Shown: positions 13,693 through 26,720, counted from the stretch's first letter. The stretch is 64,000 bases of DNA from Malacoraja senta (GCA_038087875.1 CM075989.1:11718001-11782000); one strand, 5' to 3'. Made by a program: numbers and translations. The notes: a model not told the origin generated them from the sequence alone.

Positions 13693-13769
13693 ATCAAATT
13701 TGTGTGACATGATTTCCACCTCTCAAAGCCATGCTGACCTTGGCCTCAGAATGAAACTTCCTTTTAGAA

Positions 13770-14063
13770 ATAGTCATAGAGAAATACAGCACATAAACAG
13801 GCCCTTCAGCCCAACGAGTCAATGCCACCCATTCACACTATCCCACATTCTCATCAATTCTCCTCTAATTCTACCACTCACTGCACACGTGGGGCAATTT
13901 ACAGTGGTCAATTAACTGACCAGCCCGCCTGTCTTTGGGCTGTGGGATCCCGAGCACCCAAGGAAACCCATTCAGTCACAGGGAGAACGTGCAAACTCTG
14001 CGTAGAGAGCACCTAAGGTCAGGATTGAACTTGGGTCATTTGCACTATGAGGATGTGGCTCTA
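13770..14063 (-). mobile_element. Diverged V-SINE
   Basis: Reverse complement of the SINE body (cagggagaacgtgcaaactc; ggtcaggattgaac). Confidence 0.6.
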
Positions 14064-17000
14064 CTTCAGGCCGAGCTGCTGGGGCCGTTCTCCAGAGCTT
14101 GTTCAGTGTAATTTCTGCAAAACGTCACTCATCCTGGTGCAGCCATTAAATGCTTTTGAGGAGAAGCTGAACAAGTGACAATGTGTGGCAGGCAGGTGGT
14201 CATTAATCAGTAGCAGAAGGAAGCTCTGCTCCTTTATTGCAGGTTGAAGAACAGAGGCTGCTGACATCTCCTTTGGGATAATTCCTTTCCACAGAATCCA
14301 ACAGGGAGAGGCGCGTGTGTTATCCATATTTAGCGGTGTGGAGAGACCAGTGTGGTGATATTAGCCGGTGCTATAGTAACATGCGCCATCCCAAGTGAAA
14401 TCCCTCTGACACTTCAATCCAAAGGAGAGGTCATTACGGTGTGAGATGTGGGTATGTTTGCTCACAGTCCACTTGTTCCCCCCCAATAAGGTTGCCCGAC
14501 TGCCCTGCCTCAGATGTTACTCAATCCCCTCCGTCCATGCTTTACCTCCCACCCCCACGCTTCCGCCCTCCCCTTGCTCCACCCAACTCCATGAAAAAAC
14601 CCTTCCCAGGTTTGCCCCTCCCTCTCTTTCTTCACCTCCTGCAGATCTGTCCTCCACTTCTGCTGTCTTGATTTGCGATTCCCAACGTTCTTTGCTGTGG
14701 TGTCATGTCTTCAACTGCCACGACCCTGAGCTCTGGAAAGTAGGAGGAACATAGATAGGATGGATAGTGAGAAACCCTTCCCCATAACACAGACAGACAA
14801 AGGCTGAGGTGAGGAGTAAAGGGGCTAGAGGGGAACCAAGGAAAAGTACATTCATCTGGAGAATGGAATATGCTATCTGAGAAGGTGGAAGAAGTGACTT
14901 TCACAATAGCTTCAAAAGTATCTGGATGAGCACTTGAATGATTAAAAAGGCAAAGGCCATGGACCAAGTGCTGGTAAATAGGATCAGTATAGACAGATAG
15001 ATAGAATGGTCAGCATGAACCTGATGGGCCAAAGGGTCTATTTCTATGCTGAATGACTCTTTGATTCTGTGGTTCAACCTTGTATCCATACTTGCCTTGT
15101 GAACATATCTCAGTTTGGGCTAAACAAAAATTGTACATCAATTCACAAAAAGAGGTTAGAACAAGAGTTAAATTTTAAAGGGAGCATCTGGAAGAAGAGA
15201 GTGGTCTTGGGTTTAGGGAGGGAATTACCAGGTTCAGGGCTTGGGCAGTGGAGCGATGGAATTTGGGGAGGAACAAGAGGCCGGAGAAGGAAATGGAAAT
15301 TCCCGATGTGGAAAGCCATCAAATGTGGGCGAGGAAGGGAGGGAGGAGACAATCCTTTGTTTGAACTCTCCCCCACCCACCCCCATGAACTGCTGCATTC
15401 CGTCACTGTTCCCAGCCTGGAACTAAGCTGCCCCATTGTCCAGGACGTTTGAAAGATTGTTCCTAAGTTGTTCAGACATTTAGCAAGAGTATTGTCTAAT
15501 GTAGTCCAGCAGCTGCCAAAGTCGGTCTCACAAACAGGCTGGCAAACTGTCGGACAGCATTTGCCATGTGATTGAAGATCTCTACAATGCTCCCATTATT
15601 GTCATAAACTCACATCAAACCAACAAGCGGAATATCCCAAAATAAAGAGGCTTGACCTTGAACGCAGCAAATGTTTATCTCGACCATAGAAGGCAGTCTA
15701 ATCTAACAGCTCGATCTCTGGGCATTGTTGCCTCTGAAAGTTTCAAGGCCTCATCTCCAAACCCCTGGGCAGACTTTCCTCCAAGTCAGGTCGTGGTGTG
15801 GAGAGGCTGAGGGCATGACTGGAGAAGCTGCATCCTGGAAGCTTTGGGTACACGTGCTTGGCCATTCAGGACATCTACATGTGAATGATTGCATTGCTCC
15901 AGGCCAGAGGGTTCTGATGTTATGGAATAATAAGTGACGTGAGCGGTTGCAGGGATTGGATGGCAACATGCAGTAGGACAGAGGGGCTGAATGGTCTGCT
16001 CCTGCTCCTGTTGCTTTGTAGGCAGCAATGATTTGAACCAGTCTCCCTGATTCCATTATGTCATTTAGTGCCTCACTTGAGGTGGGATGAGTGGTGAAGG
16101 AGATCACAGCCGGGCACTTTGGCCCACATTCGGCACTTGAGATCCCACATCTTGCTCCAAGCTGAATGTTCTGCTGGGACTGGCTGTTCACTGAGATTGT
16201 AACAAAGCCATATCTTCTTTGATGTTGATCAAGGGGACACCATGTTCCCTCAGTAAGGGGTAGATCCTGGTGTGGGGCCGTGGAGATTGTGGGACCAGTT
16301 TCTCACCTCTGACGAGAGCTCTGGAGCTCCTGTCTCTCTCACTGGGCTGTCAGGAAGGGGGATTGAACCACTAAGCCTCCATCCACGTCTCGTGCTTGCC
16401 TGTATTACTGCTATACCATTGACTCAGATGTTCTTTGAGTAACAAGCCCTCCTCCCCCTGACAGGGTGTGATCCCGTTGGTTACCACAGCAAGCAGTCGC
16501 ATCTTGCTCTCCTAACCAGTTAGCACTCTGATGTTGACGTGGCCCATCCCAGTGGGAACCGGTCAGTGGACCTTGCTTCTGTCTGCCACATACTAACGAG
16601 AGGTTGCCATTGTTTGGTCTTTGGGTTTGGTCTCAGCAATTAGTTTAATTGGCTGGCAGTCTGGAAGTGTAGCTGGAAAATACAGGCAGTATCTCTGGAT
16701 GACAGCCAGCTGAGAGGCACACAGCCCCAGTGTCCGCACTGTGCTTGTATTGAGTCAGAACGCTGTCAATCCCCAGCCCCCGCACACATGCAGTCAATTG
16801 GCAGCACCAGGGCAGTGTTGCTTTGCCAGATACGCCATTCCCTGCCTTCTTCATGTTCAGCACAGACATTGTTGGCCGAAAGGAGAGAACGAATGGGCTT
16901 CTTCAGAAGGGTCTCATTCCTTCTCTCCAGAGATGCTGCCTGTCCCGCTGAGTTACGCCAGCATTTTGTGTCTATCTTCGATTTAAACCAGCATCTGCAG

Positions 17001-17628
17001 TTACTTCCTACCCAGGTATTTCAGATATCTGGATTGCCTCAAGACAAATCATTCAAAGTACTCAAAGACCCGAACTGGAAAGATACCTAAGCCCAAGCTG
17101 TAGATAAAATGGAGGCAGTCATTTACCCCTCACCCATCCCACTGGATCCCAATTTTAATTCCTTCCCTCACCACCGGGTGGGAGCAGTGAGGCACTGTGA
17201 CCTCAGCAATGACGCCACTGGGAATTGGGCTTAGGTGAGAGACTCCAGGCCTAGTCAGCACCAAATTATGCTCACAACCCCCAGCTTCATGGCCACAGAG
17301 GTGGTGGGACTGCAGGAGGAAGTGTGAACCTGAACAATCACAAATTAAACAGGGAAGGGAAAGGCACAAGAGATTGCAACATCAAGCTGGGTCAGGCAGC
17401 ATATGTGGATGAGCCAGGACTTGAGGTTCAATCCACAACCAGCTCAAATCTCCCATTTAATTTTCATAATGTCAGATTTATGATTGATAACTCTCCTCTA
17501 AAGCACATTAGGATACTTGGCTTCCTTAAGGTGCTATATTAATGCTTGTGGCTGTTGTTTTGTAGATGAGACCATGAGGATTTTAGCCCTTGTTCACTAT
17601 GGCTAACGTTGGGTCATCATAAACATTT

Positions 17629-17943
17629 GGGTGGCACAGTCGCGCAGCGGTGGAGCTGCTGCCTGACAGCACCAGAGACCCAATTTCCACCCTGACTATG
17701 GGTGCCGTCGGTATGGAGTTGGTACGTTTTCCCTGTGCCCACGTGGGTTTTTTCTGGGTAATCCAGCTTCCTCCCACGCTCCAAAGATGTACAGGTTTGT
17801 AGGTTAATTGGCTTTTGTTAATTGTACATTGTCCCTAGTGTGTTAGTGTAGTACTACTAGTGTGTGGGGTTGTCGCAGGTCGGTGCGGACTCGGTGGGCC
17901 GAAGGGCCAGTCTCCATGCTGTATCTCTATAGTCTAAAGTCTA
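17629..17943 (+). mobile_element. HE1-like V-SINE
   Basis: Colinear with other copies, including the gggccgaagggcc...tgtatctcta end. Confidence 0.82.
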
Positions 17944-18094
17944 ATAAGCTAAGGGTGAATTCCCGATGAATCAGTCTGCCTAGTTGCAATCCTTGCACTT
18001 TTTATCTACACTTTCTCTGTACACTATTTTCTGTATTCTGTATATCTTTTTTGCATTGCTTGATGTACTCCTACAGTATATGGTATGATTTGTG

Positions 18095-18316
18095 TAGGAA
18101 GGAACTACAGATGCAGGTTTAAATCAAAGATAGACACAAAAATGCAGGAGTAACTCAGCAGGACAGGCAGCATCTCTGGAGAGAAGAAATGGGTGACATT
18201 TCGGGTCGAGACCCTTCTTCAGACTGATGTTTGAAGTAGGGTCTCGACCCGAAACATCACCCATTCTTTCTCTCCAAAGATGCTGCCTGTCCCACTGAGT
18301 TGCTCCAGCATTTTGT
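18095..18316. mobile_element. Penelope-derived palindromic repeat carrying hammerhead-like cores
   Basis: Arms acacaaaaatgcaggagtaactcagcaggacaggcagcatc... / ...gatgctgcctgtcccactgagttgctccagcattttgtg around two opposed CTGAAGA-GGGTCTCGACCC-GAAA-type cores. Confidence 0.7.
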
Positions 18317-18502
18317 GCATGCCTGGATAGCACACAAAACAAGGTACATGCCTGGATAGCACACAAAACAAGGTTTTTCACTGTACCTCAGTACGTGACA
18401 TTAATAAACCAATACTGACAAGTTCGCCAGCTCAACGATATGAGCTGAAGTGTCACGTGGAAGGCTATGCTATGTATTGCTGGTACAGGGAGGCATGTTG
18501 TC

Positions 18503-18640
18503 TTCTTCTTCTTTCGTGTGGCGTGCACAGCCTAAAGTTGTAGGACAACTTGTTCTATTTGATCTTCTGTTTGTGCACGTCGAGTTGATTGCATTAGTCG
18601 AAACAGGGCGGACCACATGAAGTTTGCAATCTTCCACCCC
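18503..18640 (-). mobile_element. Short non-autonomous retroelement (138 bp) with a 5' HDV-like ribozyme and (GAA)n tail
   Basis: 13-bp imperfect TSD gaggcatgttgtc (18490-18502) / gaggcgggttgtc (18641-18653). Minus strand begins GGGGTGG and ends ...cacgaaagaagaagaa. Confidence 0.8.
18587..18640 (-). ncRNA. Predicted HDV-like (CPEB3-type) self-cleaving ribozyme
   Basis: GGGGUGG(P1)-AA-GAUUGCA(P2)-AAC(P3)-UUCAUGU(L3)-GGU(P3')-CCGCCCU(P1')-GU-UUCGA-CUAA(J4/2, candidate catalytic C at 18597)-UGCAAUC(P2'). G1.U wobble present; one mismatch in P3. Confidence 0.72.
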
Positions 18641-19145
18641 GAGGCGGGTTGTCAAAGGCAATAACTCTGATCTGTTGATGGGGAGCAAGCCCTGGGCAGG
18701 GTCTGAGGGTATTTGTGCTGTTTATGTCCTTGTGTCGGATGCCCAGTTCTCAGCCCCGCGCGCGCTCTATGTCGGACCGCATTGCAGTGATTACTGTGGA
18801 GCTGCCATTCAAAGTGACAGAGTGAACACCCTGTCCGGCCCTCCAGATCTGCTGCCTTGTGCAGAACATCTCAAACAACTCATGCAGGAAATGTTGTTGG
18901 TTTGTGCAGAATTGTCCCAAATATTCATCAAGCCCAGTCCTGAATCTCTCCTTGGCCGTCAGTCACATCACACTCCTGGGAGCGCCGGTGACATGGTGAC
19001 ATCCAACAGCAACCTCTTTAAGTGTTTATTTGTCAAATGCACCAGATATCAAACCGGAACAATGAAAGTCTTAGTTGCTGCAAGCACATTAGGTGCAACA
19101 ACAACAATAAATAAACTTGAAATAAACTATCAATTATTCTAAGTC

Positions 19146-20322
19146 ATTTTCATTTCAACAATTACAAACAAAATATAAACTCGGAAATAATCAATATTTT
19201 AAATATTTTCAAATATGCGACTATTTGAAAAAATATACAAAAGATCATTATAATAACCCAGCAGATGTATTGGATGAGGCAATGCAGATAAAAGCTGAAT
19301 CAGCAAACTTAATATCATATTTGTATAATATTATCTTAAATGTAGAAATACCATCTACGGAGGGTATCAGAAGAGACTGGGAACAAGAGTTAGCTATTAA
19401 AATTTCAAAGGAAAGTTGGAATGAACACTTATTAAACGTGCATAAATGTTCGATTAATGTAAGACACACTTTAATACAATTTAAAATTTTACATAGATTA
19501 AATTATTCCAAAACTAAAATCCATAAAATGTTCCCAAATGTATCATCCATTTGTGATAAATGTCAATCCCAAGAAGCTACTATAGCGCACTCATTTGTTT
19601 TCTGTACAAAAATTCAAAAATTTTGGAATTAAATTTTCGAAATCTTTACAAAATTATTTAAAATAAAACTGATACCCCAAGCAGAATGGATTATCTTCGG
19701 AATAACGGAAGATGGTCCAGAACTAAATGTGTTTCAAAAGAAACTAATAGACTATGGGTTAATAACTGGAAAAAAGCTAATCCTAAAATTTTGGAAGAAG
19801 GCTCCAATACCAACTATAAACATGTGGATTTCAAATATGTTCGAAACATTACACCTAGAAGAGATAAGACTCCTCCTGGCAGGTAAACCAGATCACTTCC
19901 ACCTGACGTGGTCTGCATTTATAGAATTATTATAAATATAGGGTGCAAAGGTACCTTAAAAAAAATTGAGGTCAGGTAATGGGGGATGATAGTTGGAGAG
20001 TTGGTATGTCCCATTTGCGTAATGCTCATAAAAACTATTTGTTTCTCTCTTTTTCCTCTTTCTCTTTCTCCTTCTTTTCTAGGGTCTATTTCTTAACTCT
20101 TTTTCTTTTGTTTTTAATTTTGTTCTTATAGGGTCTTCGTTCTTTCTTGTTGTCACATTTTCTACACTCTCACTTTTTCCTTCACTTTCTTCTTTCTTTC
20201 AATCTCATCCTTTCCTTTTACTAGTGTAAAAAACAAACGGAGTACATTAATTGTAAGAAGATATAAGTGACGAGTACTAATGTACTTCTAATAAATAAAA
20301 AATAAAAAAATAAAAATAAAAA
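19146..20322 (+). mobile_element. 5'-truncated L1-clade LINE (ORF2 C-terminus with zf-RVT/CCHC motif, 3' UTR, A-rich tail)
   Basis: LIQFKILHRL...CDKCQSQEATIAHSFVFC...FWN*, continuing in the same frame (ORFs 19225-19632 and 19729-19935). T-rich 3' UTR and aataaa/A-rich tail at about 20290-20322. Confidence 0.85.
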
Positions 20323-21480
20323 CCTGACCATGACAGTGCAAAAACCGAAGTATGTTTAGCAACCATAGCTGTACAAAATCCTTAGTGGTTTGGTACTGAG
20401 ATAAGGTCATGGTTAGAGTTGTGCAGGGTGGTTCAAGAGCCTGATGATGATGGGAGGATGCTGTTCTTGAACCTGGAGGTCATGGTTCTCATGCTGCTGC
20501 ACCTTCTTCCCGATGGCAGCAGCAAGATGAGAGTGTGGGCAGGTTGATGTGGGTCTTTGATGATATTAGCCGCCTTCTTGAAGCAGCTCTTCTTGTAGAT
20601 CCCTTTGATGGTGGGGAGGCCAGTACCTATGATGGACCCAATGTCCACCACTTTCAGCAGCCTCCTTCGTTCCTGAGCATTCGAATGATCAAATCTGGCA
20701 GTGAAACAACCAGTCATTACGCACTCCACCGTTCACTTGTAGAGGCTTGATAATGTAGTTGGGAACATGCTGAATCTCCTCATGGAGATTCAGAGGAAAT
20801 AGAGGCATTGGTGAGCTTTCATTGTGATTGCATGAATGTTCCGGACTCAGGACAGATCATCAAAGGTGTGCACCCAGGAATATGAAGCTGTTGACTCTCT
20901 TCACCGCTGTCCCATCAATGAATACAGGTTCATGGTGCCTCAGTTTAGAGAGGTGCAAATACCCAGTTCCCTGAGTTTCTAAGGGTTTGGAAAGGATAAT
21001 GGTGTTGAACGCCGAGCTATAGTTGACAAACAACAGCCTGATGTACATGTTCCTGTTGACTAGTGGTCCAGTGCAGAGTGGAGAGCCAGTGAGATAATGT
21101 TGATCTGTTGTGGTGGTAGACCAATTGGAGTTGGTCTAGGTCATTACTGAGGCAGGAGTTGATTTATGTCATAATCAACCTCTCAAAGCACTTCTGCACA
21201 ATGAGTTCTATTGGTCCGTAGTCATTGAGGCTTACCATCTTGCTCTTCTTGGGCACCTGGATTATGGATGTCCTTTTAAATTAGGCGGAGACCTCAGACC
21301 ATAGGGAAAGGTTGATGATATCAGTGAAAGCTCCAGCTAGGTTGTTCATGCAGATTTTGAGAATGCAGCCATCACGGCACATCCTTAATGAGGTTTCAAC
21401 CTCATGAAGGATCTTCTGACGTCAGCCTTGGGGACTGAGAAGGCAGGGTGATCCGGGGCTTTGGAGGCCCATGCCCTTTC
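20323..21480 (-). mobile_element. Rex1/Babar-like LINE reverse-transcriptase remnant
   Basis: Minus-strand peptides YIRLLFVNYSSAFNTII and KAANIIKDPHQPAHTL...LLPSGRR; many frameshifts. Its 3' tail seems to continue at about 19020-19140, on the other side of the L1. Confidence 0.75.
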
Positions 21481-22211
21481 CTGGCAGAAGTATTCTCGTC
21501 AGTCGACTCAAACAGGACACAATGCGGTTTTATTTTTCAGTCCAATCAACTGCAGTATTATAAAGACTCTGGTCAATGTATTGATAATGTGTTTGCCCTG
21601 TTCTAGAGATCCTCAGAGTATCCAATGGGTTCTAGAGGACACAAAATGCTGGAGTAACTCAGCAGGTCAGGCAGTACCTCTGGAGTACACTTGATAGGTG
21701 ACGTTTTTGGTTGGGACCCTTCTTCAGATGCAGTTTTTCTCTAGTACTTTGTATCTTTTTTTTTGTAAACCACGTCTGCAGTTCCTTGTGTCTTGGTTGT
21801 AGAGGACATTTTGTTCCTCTACGGTCATGTTTACCATTTACCATTTCACTCATTGATTCCCCGTTCACTACTGATTTTCCATTCTTAATATTCTTTACAT
21901 GAATAGGTAAGGTCTGAATAGATATGGGACAAGCACAGGCAAATGGGACTAACTCAGGTAGGTAACTTGGTTGGCATGGACAAATTGGGCAAAAGCTTGT
22001 GTTTCCATGCAGTTTATCTCTCTGACCATAAATAACTCATCTAAAAGATTTCCTCAGTGATTAAGTTGGATAAAAGTGACAGGATATCTTTCTCATTGGT
22101 CACAGTAAATGTTTCTTCTGATAATTACTTTGTCCTGAGCTCCTCTACCATTTAGGATGTAATTCAATGTCAATAGCCTCACATTCGAACAGGAGGCCTC
22201 AGCTGCAGTGA

Positions 22212-22493
<282 letters not shown>

Positions 22494-23149
22494 TAATTTC
22501 ATTGACTGGGACAGTTTTGAAGGGCTGAATGGACTTATATTTGCATTTGTGTTGGCTCTTCATCTCATGAAACATTTTAGTGCATCTTTGGTCCCGTGGG
22601 AACACGGGAAGGCCATTCAGCCCTTTACAATTGTTTTCCCATTCAGTGAGGTTGTGGTTGCTCAGTATTTACATGCCCTGGTTCTCTAACCTGTATTCCC
22701 ACAGCATCAAAAACCTTACGTCTCAATTCTGACATTTCCATTTGGCCTCCAGATTTTTTGGGGAGGATGCAGCAAATATCCTCTCCCCTTGCTGTGAAGA
22801 AACACCTCCTGAAGGGTCTGGCTCCAAGTTTAATGTTTTGGTCTCTCCTCTTGAACTCCGTTCAACCCATCAATTGATCCGTCAGTTCACCTTCACTGTT
22901 AGTGGCAACCATGTATAAGAGTGGAGGAGATGATCTTTGACCGAGAAGCCAGCGCGCTTACCAAGGACCAGCCTCTTCTCCCTTGTATGAATAAACGCCT
23001 CTGCTAGATTCGGCAAGGCTCAGTGTTAAGTTGGCTTCATGCAAGATCCAAGAGCAGGCTGCGTCCTCGGAGGGAAACGTTATGGTACTGGGCCAGAATT
23101 TACTGGAGTGGGCATCTTGCGGCATACCTCCATTAGTTACATTTCTTCT

Positions 23150-23452
23150 AGTGCGTTACTGAGGGAATGATGCATCATCGGAGATCTGTCCTTTGAATGA
23201 GACTTTGAACCCTTCTCTTCTCTCATGTGCACATAAGACATGGCACTGGCTTGAAGAAGGCAGGAGTTCTTCATGGTCTCCTGACCAAAATCTGACTTTC
23301 TAAAAAATGTCTGTGGGAGCTTGCTGTGTGCAAGTTGGCTACCACATGTGCTACACTGCAACAGTGGCTGCACATCAAACAGGAACCCTATAGATTAATT
23401 GCTCTGGGGTGGCCTGAAAGGGATGTGAAAGGTGCCATAGAAAGCAGGTTGT
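23150..23452 (+). mobile_element. Deu-domain SINE (SacSINE1/AmnSINE-like), old
   Basis: ctgtgggagcttgctgtgtgcaagttggct...aacagtggctgcac...gtgaaaggtgccatagaaagc matches the recalled Deu-SINE core and tail. Confidence 0.6.
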
Positions 23453-26412
23453 TTCAATAAAGTTTTCCCACAAGGAATAACAAGACAAACAGTCCATCTC
23501 CTTCACTCGTGAGAGGAAAGGACAGAAAAATAAACCGGGGGAAACTCAATGTCAAATTGGAGATGGAAAGAGCAATAAAGAGAAAGTTAAAATTATAAAG
23601 GAAAAAAATTAAAGATGTCAACAAAGGAACAAATGATGCTCTGGACTGCGAATTGTTCACCTTTTGGGTTAATGGGATTAATTGGAAAACTGTAATGATT
23701 ATTTTATTGTTAAAGGGGTCATTATGCTGTTAATTGCCAGACTTGATTTTCTGCACTCTGTTTAATGTTTAATTATTGTGCAAATGTAACAACCTCATGT
23801 TAACCATGGGGAGGTTAAACGCGAGATGCCTTTTTGTGAAGTTAACAGAATGCTGCGAATTATTCGACCAGTTGTTGCCATTCCCACTCTGAGTGGTATC
23901 AACTGCTCGCTGTAGTTGCTGCCAATTAGTGCCCAGTAGCCAAGGGCATTGTTCACCCACTGTTACTTCCTGTTAAATCTGTGCCATTAAGTCGAGTAAA
24001 GCTGTTTCACTTTTGGTGTCTTCGATTTTAGTGTTTTGGCAGAAAATGTAACATTTGGGATGTGGCAATCAAGTCAGTTCTGGAGATATAAGAGACTGCA
24101 GGTGCTGCATGACCCACTGAGTTCCTCCAGTACTTATGTCAGTTTTGGAGATTGTCAGTATGAATTGTTGGAACTTTGGGTTGATGTAATTATGTATGCA
24201 ACATCAGTGAAAGCCCATCCATAATTGTTGCAAAAATATGATTGCCCAGAGAGACCCTTGGATTCCACAATACAGGCAGAACTCGGGTTTCCATTTTTAT
24301 GGACTCCCATTTGACAAATTTATAGAGTCATACAGCACGAAAGCAGGCTCTTCTTCCCAACCTGTCCAAGATGTCCCAGCTAATCCAGTCCCATTACTTG
24401 TCCAAGTGTCTTTCAAATGCTGTTATAGTATCTGCCGCTAACCTCCTTTTGACCATAAATAGGAAAATACATAAAAGTCATTCCACTTACTCACCTCCAA
24501 CACTGTTACAGAGAATAGCCTCAAAATCACAGCAGACTGACAAGAAAGAACAATTAAAAAATAGAGAGAGGGAGATGAAACTAGTTTTGTCATTCATGGT
24601 AATGAACGTTCATTTTACATCAGACTCTTGGATGTAATAATATTATGGAGGTTGTTCGTAAGTAGGGGGTGTGTATTAGTCGAGCCTTCGTAATCCAAGG
24701 ACGGCTTATACAGTAAGCAAAATAAAAACTATCGTGACAGTTATTATTTTTAAACAAAATGTTGTGTCAATGTTTGCTGTGTTTGTAATTCATTGGGATT
24801 AGTTTATTAAAACACCGTTGTAGCACAACTTTCCCATAAAATAACAAGAGTGGGGAAGCTTGACACATCTGGTTCCACCTCAATATAGTGGCATGGTCAT
24901 GGTTTATTATTGTCATGCATGTCAAGATAGAGTGAAAAACTTTGCATGATATCCAGTCAAATCCTACTGTACACAAGGACAATCAAGCCATGCACATGTA
25001 CAACAGGTAGTGCATTAGAGAAAAATCCCAGAGTGCAGATTATAGTGCTACAGCAGTTTAGTGTTATAGTTAAGGTGAAAATGCAGAATAAAAAAAAGTG
25101 CAAGGGCTGCAATGAGATAGGTTGGGAGTTCGGAACTACATTCTTAGCTCCTGAGGGGATCGCGACTGCACACTTTGGATCTGAGAGATAGACTTGTACT
25201 TCCGCCCGCTGGTAAATCCAAAACACCTGCCCTCTCTCTCCCAACATGGCATCTCTAACAAGCCTGTGGGTACCAGTGCCATGGTGAATTGGAAGGTTAG
25301 CATGTCAATCTGCGGCCCTACTTTCACACCAACATGCAAGGATTGACGTAAACTCAGCAACCTCCAGTATTGCTGATGAGCATTTAATCAGCAAAGGTTA
25401 AAGTCTTCATATTTCCGTTGTGGAGAATCTTATAATCGGAGGGCATAGTTATATTACGGTACGGTGGTATCTGAGAAAGAATGGTGGAATCTGGAACGCA
25501 CTGCCTAAAAGGGTGATGATGGCAGAGACCCTCATTGTATTTACCTGGACAAAGCACCTGATTCATCGGCATAGCTGTCTACGGACCACAATCTGGAAAA
25601 TAGGATGACTGTAAGTGGATACGATGGTGAACATAGACATGATGGGCCAAAGGGCCTGTTACTGTGCTGTCTGAGTCTTTGACTCTTCAATCAGGTTTAG
25701 TTCTTCCCAACAGCAGGAAAAAACTCTTTTGTTTCTCCAAATGTTACTATCTGCGGTCTCTTAACTCTGATGTAAGTTCTGCTTGGACATTACAATGCTG
25801 AGGTTGATGTCTCAATTCTATGCACTGTGCCTGCAGTGGTTTGTTGAAATAGAATATTTTTTTTTTTTAATAACCTTACGTGCTTACTTTGCATGTCTGC
25901 ACCATGGACTCCGGTGCTGTGCTGAGATGCAGAGTTGAACTTTCATTGTATCTGTACCTCATTGTTCTCGCATAAGCTCGGATATAGTTCCAACCGATCT
26001 TCCAACCAACCCCATTGCAGACCTTGCAATGTCTCTGGAACTGTAACTGTATCTCTGTAATGCTACACTCAGCACGTTGGTATTTTGCTCTCTGCACTAT
26101 CTGTTGTACCTGTGTATGGCTTAATTGTACTCATGTATAGTATGATTTGACTGGATAGTGCACAAAGTTTCACAATATCTCGGTACATGTGATAAACATA
26201 AATCAATACTATTACTAATACATGTTCGTATGAAAATAAAGTCGACTTGACCTGACTTGAATCATTTGTGTCCCATGACTCTATTCTCAGGCCCTCCTAT
26301 TTCCACTTTGTCCCTCAGGATGGAGAGCCTCATGCAAACAACAGGTCAGTGGGTTTACTCCAGTCGGCTGGTGGAACCCCAAATACCCCTCGATGTCAGC
26401 AAGGTGGCAGAG

Positions 26413-26720
26413 GCGGCACAGTGGCGCAGCGGTAGAGTTGCTGCCTTACAGCGCCAGAGACCCGGGTATGATCCTAACTACGGGTGCTATCTGTACGGAG
26501 TTTGTACGTTCTCCCTGTGACCCCATGTGTTTCTCCGGGTGTTCCGGTTTCCTCCCACACTCCAAAGATGTGCAGGTTTGTAGGTTAATTGGCTTCTGTA
26601 AATTGTCCCTAGTCTGTAGGACAGAACTAGTGCACGGTTGATCGCAGGTGGGCGTAGACGGGGTGGGCTGAAGGACCTAATTCCATGTTGTATCTCTAAA
26701 CTAAATTGACCTAAACTAAA
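26413..26720 (+). mobile_element. HE1-like V-SINE
   Basis: Full-length, colinear with the copy at 13385. Confidence 0.87.

Noticed and set aside
18624-19142. 172-aa ORF
   Set aside because: Non-ATG start inside the short retroelement, runs into a LINE tail, and has no recognisable domain or splice support.
23660-24020. TAAT-rich non-repeat-looking block as a conserved enhancer
   Set aside because: Cannot be supported without a cross-species alignment; it may be an ancient repeat remnant.
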